From an uncultured Mollicutes bacterium (GTDB taxonomy: Bacteria > Bacillota_I > Bacilli_A > RF39 > UBA660): a stretch of 64,000 nt of DNA. Position 1 is the stretch's first letter; each line of letters starts with the position of its first letter. A program made the position numbers and the translations under genes. The stretch is from contig CANTCS010000001.1 of NCBI GenBank assembly GCA_947652375.1, forward strand, positions 68,257 to 132,256, given 5' to 3'. Positions 9,589 to 19,425 of the stretch are shown piece by piece. The notes under the pieces were generated by a model, which was not told the DNA's origin, did no database searches, and saw only the letters and a list, made by a program, of their open reading frames with translations.

Positions 9589-10869
9589 CTAATATTCAAA
9601 AATTTGATACTCTGATATTTCTTTAATAAGATCAGATTGCATCATTTGATCAAAAGCATCTGTTGCTCCCTTTCTTGAATCTGATGTACTTGATACATAA
9701 TAGTTTTCTGTTGTTTCTATATTTTTGTGACCAAGCATATCTGCAACATCTCTAATCTCTACTCCAGTTTTCAATATTTTTGTTGCATAACTACCTCTTA
9801 AATCATAAAATCTAACTTTTTCAATGCCTAGTTCCTTATGAATTATTTCAAATGGATATCTAACTAAATCTGTCCCAACATATTTTCCATTTGTCTTAGT
9901 AAAAACTAGATTAAGATTTTCTTTATCACTATCATTATCATTCTTTTCTACTATTCTTTGTTCTACTACCTTTCCATATTTGTTTTTTACATCCTCTAAA
10001 TAGTAGTAAGTATATTCGCTACCCAAAGCTTCCTTTAAAAATTTCTGTTTTTCCTTATAATTTTTTAGTGCAAATAATAATGTTGGGCTAATATACACTA
10101 TTCTTTCTCCTGCTATTGTTTTTGTACTTCCTAAATACCATCTGCCTTTATCATCTTTAGTTTTATCATATACACTGTGCTTAACATAAATAATTCCATT
10201 CTCTAAATCAATATCTTCCCATGTTAATGCAAATACTTCTCCTGTTCTCATTCCAGTAAAACATGATGTTAAAAATGAGCAAGTAAAAGTATCGTTATAT
10301 CTAAATCTATATAATATCTTATTTATCTCTTCAGGAGTATATAAATGTTTCGGATCTGATTTAGTTATATCCATTCTAGGTAACCTTAAAGTTAGGGCTG
10401 GGTTATATTTAATAAATCCATATAAATCACACGCATCCCTAAATGTTCCTTTAACTACTTTTAAAATATTTCTAAAATATGATCTTGAAAAAGAATATTC
10501 ATCGCATATTTCTGTAATAAACATATTTAATCTTACGCTTGTTAAAGTAGATAATCTATACATACCTAATCTCGGTCTTATATATTTATCAATTATAGTT
10601 TTATATTTACAAATTGTATTATACTTCAAATTGCTTTTACAATAGTTATCTAACCAGTAATTCAAATAATCACTGTAAGACAACTTACTCTCTTTAAACG
10701 GAACTCCTGCATTTAAATATTCTGTTTGTGCAATACTTCCTGCTTCTTGAGCCTCAGCTTTAGTTTTAAAGCCAGACTTGTTAATAAACTTTCTAACTCC
10801 CCCTTGTGGAGCTATTTCAAATCTATACTGATATACATTTCCCCTTTTTTCTATTTTTATTTGTCCCAT
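9589..10869 (-). CDS. int: Tyrosine site-specific integrase
   Basis: 426 aa. N-terminal SAM-like/arm-binding region, then a C-terminal catalytic domain with TGMRTGEVFAL (Arg), HDLRGSYAT and LGHKNIETTENYY (His-x-x-Arg ... Tyr). Confidence 0.9.
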   Translation of the reverse strand: MGQIKIEKRGNVYQYRFEIAPQGGVRKFINKSGFKTKAEAQEAGSIAQTEYLNAGVPFKESKLSYSDYLNYWLDNYCKSNLKYNTICKYKTIIDKYIRPRLGMYRLSTLTSVRLNMFITEICDEYSFSRSYFRNILKVVKGTFRDACDLYGFIKYNPALTLRLPRMDITKSDPKHLYTPEEINKILYRFRYNDTFTCSFLTSCFTGMRTGEVFALTWEDIDLENGIIYVKHSVYDKTKDDKGRWYLGSTKTIAGERIVYISPTLLFALKNYKEKQKFLKEALGSEYTYYYLEDVKNKYGKVVEQRIVEKNDNDSDKENLNLVFTKTNGKYVGTDLVRYPFEIIHKELGIEKVRFYDLRGSYATKILKTGVEIRDVADMLGHKNIETTENYYVSSTSDSRKGATDAFDQMMQSDLIKEISEYQIFEY

Positions 10870-11099
10870 TGATCATTCTCCAAATCATCTAAACACAAAG
10901 GTTTAATGCTATCTAAATTTGATAAATCTTTACCTTGGTTTTCATTTAAAAATTGTTCTAATGCTTTTTTTAATATTCTAGTGCTACCTAGTTTTATGGC
11001 TGGTAGGTATCCTTTTTTTATTAAAGTATAAACATAATTTGGACTACAATGTAAAACTGCTGCTACATCTCTCACTGTATAAACCATTGTTTCATTCAT
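10857..11099 (-). CDS. xis: Excisionase-family helix-turn-helix DNA-binding protein
   Basis: 80 aa. YTVRDVAAVLHCSPNYVYTLIKKGYLPAIKLG is an MerR/excisionase-type HTH. It overlaps the int start by 13 nt. Confidence 0.7.
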   Translation of the reverse strand: MNETMVYTVRDVAAVLHCSPNYVYTLIKKGYLPAIKLGSTRILKKALEQFLNENQGKDLSNLDSIKPLCLDDLENDQWDK

Positions 11100-11171
11100 A
11101 TAATTTTTCCTTTCATCCTTTCTTTGAACTACATAAATTACTCCAACAAAAAAACAACTAAAATAAGTTGT

Positions 11172-11906
11172 CTATACGCTTCTTAAAACTGCATGAATAT
11201 AATATCTATCTGTCTTTTGTCTATTCGATTCGTGTGAGCAAGAATATAAAGTAATAATTTTATCTTCTTTTGCATTTACATCTACTTCTGTTTTATAATT
11301 GCTTTTTTCTTTAATCATATCAATATATTTTTTATATTCTTCAATAGAATTAAATTTTTGATTGTATGATTCTGATGTTGTATTATCTATATATGCACTA
11401 AATATTTCTGCTATATAATTTCCAGATGGTGTATATAGCATATAAGTAGGATGTTCTCTTAAAAAGGCTTCATTCATATATTTATATAATTCTCCAAACA
11501 TACTACCATTTTTAGTATGATGCCCATAAATAAATGTATTGTAATCTGAAAAGTCATTAGAAGATCTATAATCTGCAAAAATGCTTCCTAGAGAATTCCA
11601 TTTTTTATCAAAGCTATGATTTAAATAATAATAATTATTTTCCCCTTGAACAATAGGATAATTAATTTGTGTTCCTTCTACTAATATCCAACCTATTACA
11701 TCACTATTAATATTTTGCAATGAACTAAAATCAATATTAAAGTCTTCAGTTTCAATTGTTTCTTCAGGTATTTCTATTAATTCTATTAAATCATGTTTAA
11801 TTTGCTCAGAATCTAATATTTCTTGTTTAACGCTATATATTTTGTAAGCACTAAAACAAAATGAACATATTAATACCACTAATAAAATTATTTTTATTTT
11901 CTTCAT
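11172..11906 (-). CDS. srtB: Class-B-like sortase
   Basis: N-terminal TM anchor, DVIGWILVEGTQINYPIVQG, catalytic His in FIYGHHT, Cys in TLYSCS, and a downstream conserved Arg (DRYYIHA). Confidence 0.8.
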   Translation of the reverse strand: MKKIKIILLVVLICSFCFSAYKIYSVKQEILDSEQIKHDLIELIEIPEETIETEDFNIDFSSLQNINSDVIGWILVEGTQINYPIVQGENNYYYLNHSFDKKWNSLGSIFADYRSSNDFSDYNTFIYGHHTKNGSMFGELYKYMNEAFLREHPTYMLYTPSGNYIAEIFSAYIDNTTSESYNQKFNSIEEYKKYIDMIKEKSNYKTEVDVNAKEDKIITLYSCSHESNRQKTDRYYIHAVLRSV

Positions 11907-11908
11907 GT

Positions 11909-12199
11909 TTATTTTCCTAAATCCTCTTCTAATTCTTTTTCTTGTTCCTCTTTTGAAAACTCCTCTATATTTTGTTGTTCCTTATCTTTAATTTCCATTT
12001 TTAAAACATTTTCTTTTACATACTCATCATAAATATCATCTTGGGATTTAATAAATTTATACACTCTTTCGATTTCTTCATCACTTATTCTTTTTTCTTG
12101 TTTATCAAAATATTCATATATTAATGCTGCCGTTTCAATATCATAAATATTTTTGTTATTATACATGTTTAATAAACTTCTAATATAATTTGTATTCAT
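11909..12199 (-). CDS. Hypothetical acidic protein
   Basis: Start moved to ATG at 12199 (MNTNYIRS, AAGGA SD upstream). No family recognised. It ends 2 nt before the sortase start. Confidence 0.4.
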   Translation of the reverse strand: MNTNYIRSLLNMYNNKNIYDIETAALIYEYFDKQEKRISDEEIERVYKFIKSQDDIYDEYVKENVLKMEIKDKEQQNIEEFSKEEQEKELEEDLGK

Positions 12200-12282
12200 T
12201 TTAAAATCCTTTCTTTTTATTTTCATAAAAAAAATTAGTATCATAAATACTAATCTTAATCCACAATTCTGTTGATAACTTA

Positions 12283-12558
12283 TTATTTATTAACAGATTC
12301 TTTTAAATCTTTACCAGCTTTAAAACTTACATTTTTAGATGCTGCAATTTTAATTGTTTCTCCTGTTGCTGGATTACGACCTTCACGAGCTGCTCTTTCT
12401 GAAATTCTAAATGTTCCAAATCCTGAAACTGAAACATTATTTCCTTTTGCAAGTTCTCCCTTTAGTAAATCAAAAACACCATTAAATGCTCTTTCACTAT
12501 CAGCCTTTGTTAATCCAGTAGCATTTGCTAAAGCTTCTATCATTTCTGATTTTTTCAT
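12283..12558 (-). CDS. hup: HU-family nucleoid-associated DNA-binding protein
   Basis: 91 aa. GFGTFRISERAAREGRNPATGETIKIAASK is the canonical HU/IHF beta-arm. Confidence 0.9.
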   Translation of the reverse strand: MKKSEMIEALANATGLTKADSERAFNGVFDLLKGELAKGNNVSVSGFGTFRISERAAREGRNPATGETIKIAASKNVSFKAGKDLKESVNK

Positions 12559-12632
12559 GTATAATCACCTCCATATTAAACAATTTAATTATAACACCTA
12601 ATAGTTAAAATACAAAACATTTACATAAATTA

Positions 12633-12914
12633 TTATCTAATATTTTCCTCTAATCTTTCATCGTTTAGTAAAAATAATAGTCGCTCATAACCAGCAGCCT
12701 TTAATAATTTACTTATAGAAATATCCAATTCTTTAGAAATATTTGTTAATATTTCAATGCTTGGTTTTTGAATTCTACCTTCTTCAAGATCATTTACCGA
12801 TACATGATTTATTCCAATTCTTCTTGCTAGTTCTCTTTGAGATATTCTTTTTTTGCTTCTTGCACTTACAATTAAATTCTTTAAAATTCTTGTATTACAT
12901 TTTTGCTTATTCAT
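12633..12914 (-). CDS. XRE-family HTH regulator
   Basis: ISQRELARRIGINHVSVNDLEEGR is a Cro/C1-type HTH. Confidence 0.7.
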   Translation of the reverse strand: MNKQKCNTRILKNLIVSARSKKRISQRELARRIGINHVSVNDLEEGRIQKPSIEILTNISKELDISISKLLKAAGYERLLFLLNDERLEENIR

Positions 12915-12923
12915 ATTCTCTCC

Positions 12924-14600
12924 TTATTTTGTTTTATAATAATCTTTCACTTTTTGCTTTTTATTTTGTGAAATAGATTCAATATCTTCACCATTTACTC
13001 TATCTATTTCTTCATCATATTTATCATAGAGAATGTATTCCTTATCATCAACTAAATAAACAATTCCTCTATTGTCATAACTTATCCACGCTACACTTAC
13101 TTTTGGAATATAAAAATAATAATCGCTATACGGAATACGAACACAATATTCATCTTCAGTAGTTCTTTGCTCATCTATCATATTTCTACTTATTGAAACG
13201 CTCTTTATATATCCTTTTTCTGATTCTAATGATATACCACGAATTTTTTCAAGTTCACTAATTTTACTTTTCAAATATGTAAGATAAGCATACCTTTGAT
13301 TCATATCCATTTTTAATTTATTAGCTTCTGAAATAATATCTTCTACCTCTTCTGTCGTTTCAACATTGAGTTCTTTTTTTAAATCTAAAAATGCTTTAAC
13401 TTCATTTGGAAGTTCAGCATCTATTGGATATATCTCTTGTTGTTCAAGATAGGCATTATAATCATCAAGATATTTAATATATAAATTACAAAGAGGAACT
13501 CTTAATTGCAATGTTTCATGTTTAGATAATAAAGCTTGATACTCATTTTCTTTTTGATCTATATCAGCCTTTAATTCTTTAATTTGTTTCTCTAAGGAAT
13601 TATAATCATATATTTCATGACTATTTAAAAAATTAATTGTATCAACTAATTTATGGTAACGCCTAATTTCCAAATACCTTGAATTGTAGTATTTAAAATA
13701 ATCGGAATTAGTATCTAAGGCCTTCATAGTTGAAAGTACAGAATGCTTAGACAGTCTTGCTAATTCATCATATATATTTAAAATATCACTATCATTTACA
13801 TTTAAATGATAACTAGGAAAATTAATAACTTTTTGATTCTTTCTTTTCTCTCTAAAAAAATCTTTCAATGCTTCTTCACTATAATCAATTCCCAATATTT
13901 TCATAGTAACAAATCTTTCTTTTCCATAAGGTTTAATCCTAATATTTTTGCCTTGTTTTATTTGATAACCTTCAAGTGCTAATTGTTCTAATAATTCATC
14001 AAAAGAATAGCATCTATCTTTTAATATTTCTAACATTTCTATTATTTGTTTTCTCCAAGATTTGTTTGCTAAATCATATAAATATTTATTCTTATGATAG
14101 TGTCCTATTTTTGGTGCGTCCTCAATAATGTGAAGCCCATGCTCTAATGCTATTTGATCACTTGCATCCCTTAATCCATATAAACCTTCAATAGGATTTG
14201 ATAACCTGTCTTCTAATTTTCTTCCTTTTAAATTTAGAGAAGATATGCAAAAGTGATTATGTAAATGCAAATGATCGACATGAGTACACACTATAACTTG
14301 AAAATCTGGATATAATTTTTTTGCAAGTTCTATTCCCATTTGATGAACTTCTTCAGGCGTTAAGTTTTTTTCTTTGGGATCAAATGATTGATAGGCGTGA
14401 TAACAAGTTCTACTTTCATTATCTTCTTCTATATTAAATTTTTGACTATTTCTAAGCATATCATAAGGAGCTAATTCAGCAGAGCAATTTATTCCAGTAA
14501 CTAATTTACCACCCATAGTCTTATCAGGATTTTTAATGTAGTCTATACATTTGATTCTACCTTGCACTCCATGTACTGCCCATCTAGCTGTTGCTGGCAT
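12924..14600 (-). CDS. Relaxase/mobilisation nuclease (MobA/VirD2-type) with a C-terminal extension
   Basis: Histidine triad HVDHLHLHNH and the N-terminal catalytic region (MPATARWAVHG...). The start is placed at ATG 14600 (GGTGAT SD) rather than the alternative start in the track. Confidence 0.85.
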   Translation of the reverse strand: MPATARWAVHGVQGRIKCIDYIKNPDKTMGGKLVTGINCSAELAPYDMLRNSQKFNIEEDNESRTCYHAYQSFDPKEKNLTPEEVHQMGIELAKKLYPDFQVIVCTHVDHLHLHNHFCISSLNLKGRKLEDRLSNPIEGLYGLRDASDQIALEHGLHIIEDAPKIGHYHKNKYLYDLANKSWRKQIIEMLEILKDRCYSFDELLEQLALEGYQIKQGKNIRIKPYGKERFVTMKILGIDYSEEALKDFFREKRKNQKVINFPSYHLNVNDSDILNIYDELARLSKHSVLSTMKALDTNSDYFKYYNSRYLEIRRYHKLVDTINFLNSHEIYDYNSLEKQIKELKADIDQKENEYQALLSKHETLQLRVPLCNLYIKYLDDYNAYLEQQEIYPIDAELPNEVKAFLDLKKELNVETTEEVEDIISEANKLKMDMNQRYAYLTYLKSKISELEKIRGISLESEKGYIKSVSISRNMIDEQRTTEDEYCVRIPYSDYYFYIPKVSVAWISYDNRGIVYLVDDKEYILYDKYDEEIDRVNGEDIESISQNKKQKVKDYYKTK

Positions 14601-15387
14601 AAGAATCACCAACTAACTCATATTTTTCTTCATTACTATAACCATATACATCTGATTTTATTTCTTCAGCACATCTCTTTGCAGAATCTAAATCATCATA
14701 TCCAATTACTATTGAACATTCTAGTTTATTGTCTTTTTTATAAAATGATAGCAATGACTTCTTCTTCATAGCGACATCTCTAAAAATGTTGATTTGTTCC
14801 TCAAAAAGTTTAATATTTAAATTATCTAATTCAAAATCAATATAGTTATTTTTTAAAAACACTATATATTTGTACTTTATATTTGGAACTTGTAAGTTAG
14901 AAGGTCTAACTAAATAAATGATCTCATTATTTTTAATAACTCTTTTTAGAAAAGATTCATCAGGACAATACTTTTCAATTAGATTCATTCGCTGCTGAAT
15001 TTTCTTTTCAGTGTTAACTGATAAAGTAGCAACTATTAAACTAGACAAAATATCTATCATCTCTAATATTTGGACATTCTGATTGCTAATTTTTTCTATT
15101 GCCTCTGGAGATAATAAAACATTTTTTAAAATTGACTTTTGTTCATATAATATTTCTCTAAGTGTTTTAATAAAATCACTGATATAATTACATATTTCAT
15201 TTTTACCCTCTATATCTTCTACATATATATTTTCATAAATACAAGCAGCTCTAATATATTCAGCTAAACAATCCCCATAACCATACCTTATTGCTTTTTC
15301 AGTTATAATTCTTCTTTCCTCTTCGTTAAGCATAACATTAATCTTTTGTCTTCTTAGTTTACTATATTTTTCATCTTGATTGCTCAT
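14584..15387 (-). CDS. Relaxosome accessory protein, MobC/RHH-like N-terminus (tentative)
   Basis: INVMLNEEERRIITEKAIRYGYGDCLAEYIRAA resembles MobC ribbon-helix-helix leaders. It is translationally coupled to the relaxase. Confidence 0.45.
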   Translation of the reverse strand: MSNQDEKYSKLRRQKINVMLNEEERRIITEKAIRYGYGDCLAEYIRAACIYENIYVEDIEGKNEICNYISDFIKTLREILYEQKSILKNVLLSPEAIEKISNQNVQILEMIDILSSLIVATLSVNTEKKIQQRMNLIEKYCPDESFLKRVIKNNEIIYLVRPSNLQVPNIKYKYIVFLKNNYIDFELDNLNIKLFEEQINIFRDVAMKKKSLLSFYKKDNKLECSIVIGYDDLDSAKRCAEEIKSDVYGYSNEEKYELVGDSYASNS

Positions 15388-15925
15388 ATCGTTTTTTCTT
15401 TTCCTTTTGAAGTTTTAATTTATACAATTCAAGTTCTTTTAGATATGCCTTACGAAAGTAATTCTCTGTTAACCATTTTACTCCTTCTTTTGAAATCATA
15501 ACTTTGCCATCTTTAATATATTTATATGAAATAGTATTTCTTCTTTCCATCCTTTGAACTGCCATACCAATAGCAGCTTTAGTTCGATTAAAATATTCTC
15601 TTAAATCATATAAAGACATATCGTAATATTCAAACTTATAAGATGGAATTTTTAATTCGTTTTCTAATCTTAAAATTTGTTTTTGAAAAAATTCTATATC
15701 AGCATCTAAATAAAATTTACTACTATTAAAATACACTTCACTTAACCACTCAACACATTCTAATTTAATATACTCAACTCTCTCGCCATTAGAAGCTATC
15801 CTTTTATGAATCCAACTTTCTAATGGATGCCTTCTTTTTAACTTTTTAATAACATTCTCGAACTGTTCATCTGTAAGATGAAATTTTTGTTGAACTCGCC
15901 ACTTCTCCATTGATTTAAATTCCAT
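15371..15925 (-). CDS. Hypothetical protein with an internal duplication, first gene after the candidate oriT
   Basis: Two related segments (EYIKLECVEWLSEVYF and VMISKEGVKWLTENYF). Possibly a DNA-binding accessory factor. No family recognised with confidence. Confidence 0.35.
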   Translation of the reverse strand: MEFKSMEKWRVQQKFHLTDEQFENVIKKLKRRHPLESWIHKRIASNGERVEYIKLECVEWLSEVYFNSSKFYLDADIEFFQKQILRLENELKIPSYKFEYYDMSLYDLREYFNRTKAAIGMAVQRMERRNTISYKYIKDGKVMISKEGVKWLTENYFRKAYLKELELYKLKLQKEKKKRYEQSR

Positions 15926-16081
15926 TTCTTACTCCTTTCTTTTTTATTCAGAAGTGAGGTAACTAAATAGTCTTATATAATATATCAAGCATGGTGTTGA
16001 CACACCCTATCGCTTGTTAGGGAATATCCCTAAGACCCACTAATTAGTCGCTGACAGTTAATGAATTTTTTTCAAAAATTT
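15926..16081. other. Candidate origin of transfer (oriT)
   Basis: A 156-bp ORF-less, locally GC-enriched gap at the head of the relaxase operon. It has inverted repeats GGTGT-tgac-ACACC (15993..16006) and TTAGGGA-ata-TCCCTAA (16017..16033). Confidence 0.35.
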
Positions 16082-16411
16082 TTAATATTCTTTTTCATTT
16101 TCATCAATTTCTAATACCGAAAAATAATCTAGGCTATCATAAAAAACAGCTTCAGAAATTTCTCCTGAAGTAGCATTTTTTAAATCTTTTTTTGTTAAAT
16201 CTCCTCTAGTGTAATGATCAGTTAAGTAATGAGAAATTGAATATGGATTTATATTTTCGTTCTCAACTTTTAATGTAATTTTATATATAAATTGAGCATC
16301 TCTCTCATCAATATCAGGATAACAATCAAAGATTCCTTGATAAATTAAATAAGATTTCAAATTATTTTTATGATATTCTGGCATAGTTTTATAAGCATAT
16401 AGAGTATTCAT
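16082..16411 (-). CDS. Hypothetical protein
   Basis: 109-aa ORF tightly packed in the operon. No family recognised. Confidence 0.4.
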   Translation of the reverse strand: MNTLYAYKTMPEYHKNNLKSYLIYQGIFDCYPDIDERDAQFIYKITLKVENENINPYSISHYLTDHYTRGDLTKKDLKNATSGEISEAVFYDSLDYFSVLEIDENEKEY

Positions 16412-16413
16412 AA

Positions 16414-17007
16414 TTAATCAATCTCCCTTTCTTGTTCATTATCTTTTATTACATCTACCAAATAATTTTCTTTATATTTTTTTAGTTTTTCAAAATCATC
16501 ATCTATTATTAAATCCACATTACCTTCATTATTATATACAAATAATTCATCAAAAAGAAAATCATAAAATTCTTTATTCTTCCAATAATTTTCATCATCA
16601 AAAGCTATTAAAGAATTATTATGATCTATAGTTACTTCTATATCATAAACTTTGTGAGTATATAATATTTTTTCTAATAAATTCAATTCATTGTTTTGTT
16701 CTTCTGTTAATTTTATATTTAAAAATTTATCATTATAAAGGTTATTAAGTCTTACTAAAATATAATCATTAGTTAATTTTTTATTGAACCAATCTATTTC
16801 TTCTACTTCTATTTGCCAATTTCCTGAGTCATCTTTTATGCCATATTCAATAGTTGCTGAAGGTTTATATGTACTACAATAATGTAAGTCTACACAATAT
16901 TTTCCTTCTAATACTCTTGCTACTGTGTAGGACTCTCCTTCCTTTATATCTTTAGGAGAAACAAAAACTTCTTCATAACTATCATAAAAGTCTGCCTTTT
17001 TAGTCAT
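16414..17007 (-). CDS. Hypothetical acidic protein
   Basis: Start placed at ATG 17007 (MTKKADFY) with GGAG 8 nt upstream inside the preceding gene. No family recognised. Confidence 0.4.
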   Translation of the reverse strand: MTKKADFYDSYEEVFVSPKDIKEGESYTVARVLEGKYCVDLHYCSTYKPSATIEYGIKDDSGNWQIEVEEIDWFNKKLTNDYILVRLNNLYNDKFLNIKLTEEQNNELNLLEKILYTHKVYDIEVTIDHNNSLIAFDDENYWKNKEFYDFLFDELFVYNNEGNVDLIIDDDFEKLKKYKENYLVDVIKDNEQEREID

Positions 17008-18259
17008 ATTCCATCTCCAATTCATAATCATCTTTATTTAAACTATTTATAGTTTTTTCTTCCTCTAAATCTAGTTTTTTATTTGCTGATTCATAATCAA
17101 TTTCATTCTCAATTCTTGATATATAATCTAATACATTATCCTTATTATCTAAATCTAATGCACTTAATTTTTTTATTAATTCTTTATCATTAATTTTCTT
17201 AATACTGCATGAAATATAGTCATCTAAATTGCAAGAATACTTTTTCACAAAAATTTCTATTATAGCATTCCTAATAGTAATTCCTTGTATATGAGGAATA
17301 TTCATATCTATATTTCTAAAGTTTTCATCTTTACATAATTGATTAAACTTATCTATTTTTTTATTCAAATATCTCTTTAATTCTAATTTTTCATACGCAG
17401 TTAATTGATTATAATTAGGTTTATATATTCCACTAATTATTAATTTTTTTAAATCTTCTACCTTTATAGAGTAAAATTGTTGTCCTAGTGGTCTTTGAAA
17501 GTCATAAATATCAAAACAATCTTTGTTAATTCCCAAAATTAATCCAATACATTTAATATCTATAGCAATATCTTTTTCATTAGAAAATTGATAAATAGAT
17601 TCAAATGAATTAATTTTTAACCCTATAAGTTTTTCGGCATTAATATCATTTTGCTTCAACTTATTATTAATAAATCGTTGTAATCTATCCTTCATTTTAC
17701 TTTTATATTGAAAATCTCCAAAAGCAAATTCATATCTATTATCGACTTGTTTTCCTTCTCCAAAATATAATTGATAATGGTAGCCCCTATCACTTTTTAT
17801 CTTTACAACATTCCACTTTTCTTTTTTCATAATTAAATCAAACTCTTTAATATTTTTTAATGTCCAAAATTCAGATAAAACATCTACGATGATAAAATCC
17901 TTTTTATTTATTTTTTGAATATTATTATTTTCTTCTTTTAATTTAATTCCTAAATTAGTTTCTAAAAAATAATTTATTCCTTGATTATATGGACTAATAT
18001 TTGTAGGTTTTGACTTTATTCTTTTAAAACTCAATTTAGATTGGGAATTAATATCAAGATTAAGATCGGATAGTGATTGATTACAATCTAATTTGATTAC
18101 CTTATCTCCAAAAGGATTATAATCATAATAAAAAACTGTCATAGAGCAATCATACTTTTCTTTATATTCTTTTAATGCTTGCCATTGTGATAATTCATTT
18201 GCAATATTCATTCTTAACCAATGAGTATATATAAAATGTCTACTATGAATACTATTCAT
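17000..18259 (-). CDS. Hypothetical protein (419 aa)
   Basis: Long ORF translationally coupled to ardC. No family recognised. Confidence 0.45.
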   Translation of the reverse strand: MNSIHSRHFIYTHWLRMNIANELSQWQALKEYKEKYDCSMTVFYYDYNPFGDKVIKLDCNQSLSDLNLDINSQSKLSFKRIKSKPTNISPYNQGINYFLETNLGIKLKEENNNIQKINKKDFIIVDVLSEFWTLKNIKEFDLIMKKEKWNVVKIKSDRGYHYQLYFGEGKQVDNRYEFAFGDFQYKSKMKDRLQRFINNKLKQNDINAEKLIGLKINSFESIYQFSNEKDIAIDIKCIGLILGINKDCFDIYDFQRPLGQQFYSIKVEDLKKLIISGIYKPNYNQLTAYEKLELKRYLNKKIDKFNQLCKDENFRNIDMNIPHIQGITIRNAIIEIFVKKYSCNLDDYISCSIKKINDKELIKKLSALDLDNKDNVLDYISRIENEIDYESANKKLDLEEEKTINSLNKDDYELEMEYD

Positions 18260-19202
18260 ATTCCATCTCCAATTCTAACTCTATATCACAAGATTGAGTC
18301 TTTGTTTTTTCAATACTATTTGCCTCTAAATAATCAACTATTTGATTTGATTCAGTTATTGCATTAAATAACTCTTGTGGATTATTTTTTAAAATCTCTA
18401 ACCAATTTTTTACATAACTTTTATGATTATTTAAATGTCTTTCATCAGCTTCTAAATGGAATCTTTGCATAAGAAATGATGAACTAATCTCTGCTCTCAA
18501 TTCTTCTTTTGCATACTCCTCTGAACCAAAATTATCATTTAAATTTCTACATAGTCTTGATTCGTGTCCAGTTGAATGTGATAATTCATGTAACTGAGTA
18601 GCATAATAAGAATAATTAGTTTCAAAACTTTTTGCAGGTGGTAATACTACTTGATCTAATTTGGGAATATAGTATGCTTCATCACCTTTTTCAATATATT
18701 TTACTCCTAAATTATCTATAATATTTTTCACATAATCATTGCTAATAATTTCTACTTCTTGCTCTTTTTTAGAATTCACTAATCCATCTATTAAGTCCCC
18801 ATTAAATACTGTATAACTCATTTTATGGATTTTGAATTCTGATTCTTTATCTGGATCTTTTTCTATAATTTTTCTATATTCTTCAAAATTATAAATTTTA
18901 TGATTTAATTTATTTTTCATTCCCCAATACTCTACAGTAACTCCTTGACCTTTGGCTTCTTTGATAAATTTCCACTTATTCTTTATCATTTGATTATATG
19001 TAATCCATCTATTATCATTATAACCTCTTTTTTCTGTAATGTATGATAAATATAAATTGTTTACCCCTCTATATTTTATACCAGTTATACCATTTTCAGG
19101 AATAGATGTCTTCCACATTTTTTCCCAAGGAATCTTTCCTTCTTCTAAACATTCTATATACATATCGACTAATTCTTGCCTAGTTTTTGGAAGTTTAATC
19201 AT
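18252..19202 (-). CDS. ardC: ArdC-like antirestriction protein (ssDNA-binding N-domain plus zinc-metalloprotease domain)
   Basis: N-terminal IPWEKMW...GIKYRGVNNLYL (DUF1738/ArdC-N type) and a C-terminal HELSHSTGH metalloprotease motif. Confidence 0.8.
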   Translation of the reverse strand: MIKLPKTRQELVDMYIECLEEGKIPWEKMWKTSIPENGITGIKYRGVNNLYLSYITEKRGYNDNRWITYNQMIKNKWKFIKEAKGQGVTVEYWGMKNKLNHKIYNFEEYRKIIEKDPDKESEFKIHKMSYTVFNGDLIDGLVNSKKEQEVEIISNDYVKNIIDNLGVKYIEKGDEAYYIPKLDQVVLPPAKSFETNYSYYATQLHELSHSTGHESRLCRNLNDNFGSEEYAKEELRAEISSSFLMQRFHLEADERHLNNHKSYVKNWLEILKNNPQELFNAITESNQIVDYLEANSIEKTKTQSCDIELELEMEYE

Positions 19203-19410
19203 TACTTGTCTTTCCCTTATTACTGTTAATTTTTACATCTAAATCTTGCTGCATTTGATAAATTTTTTCTTGTTGTTTCTTATAATCATATAAAACTTTT
19301 AATTGCTTATCATAGTCAGCTACAACATTATTAATAGCTTTTATTTTATCTAATTCTTTACTTTTTAATCCTTCAATCTTTTCGATTTTTTTCTCTAATG
19401 CTTTATTCAA
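19195..19410 (-). CDS. Small coiled-coil protein
   Basis: 71-aa K/E/Q-rich ORF. No family recognised. Confidence 0.35.
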   Translation of the reverse strand: MNKALEKKIEKIEGLKSKELDKIKAINNVVADYDKQLKVLYDYKKQQEKIYQMQQDLDVKINSNKGKTSND

Positions 19411-19425
19411 AATATTTTTCCCCTT

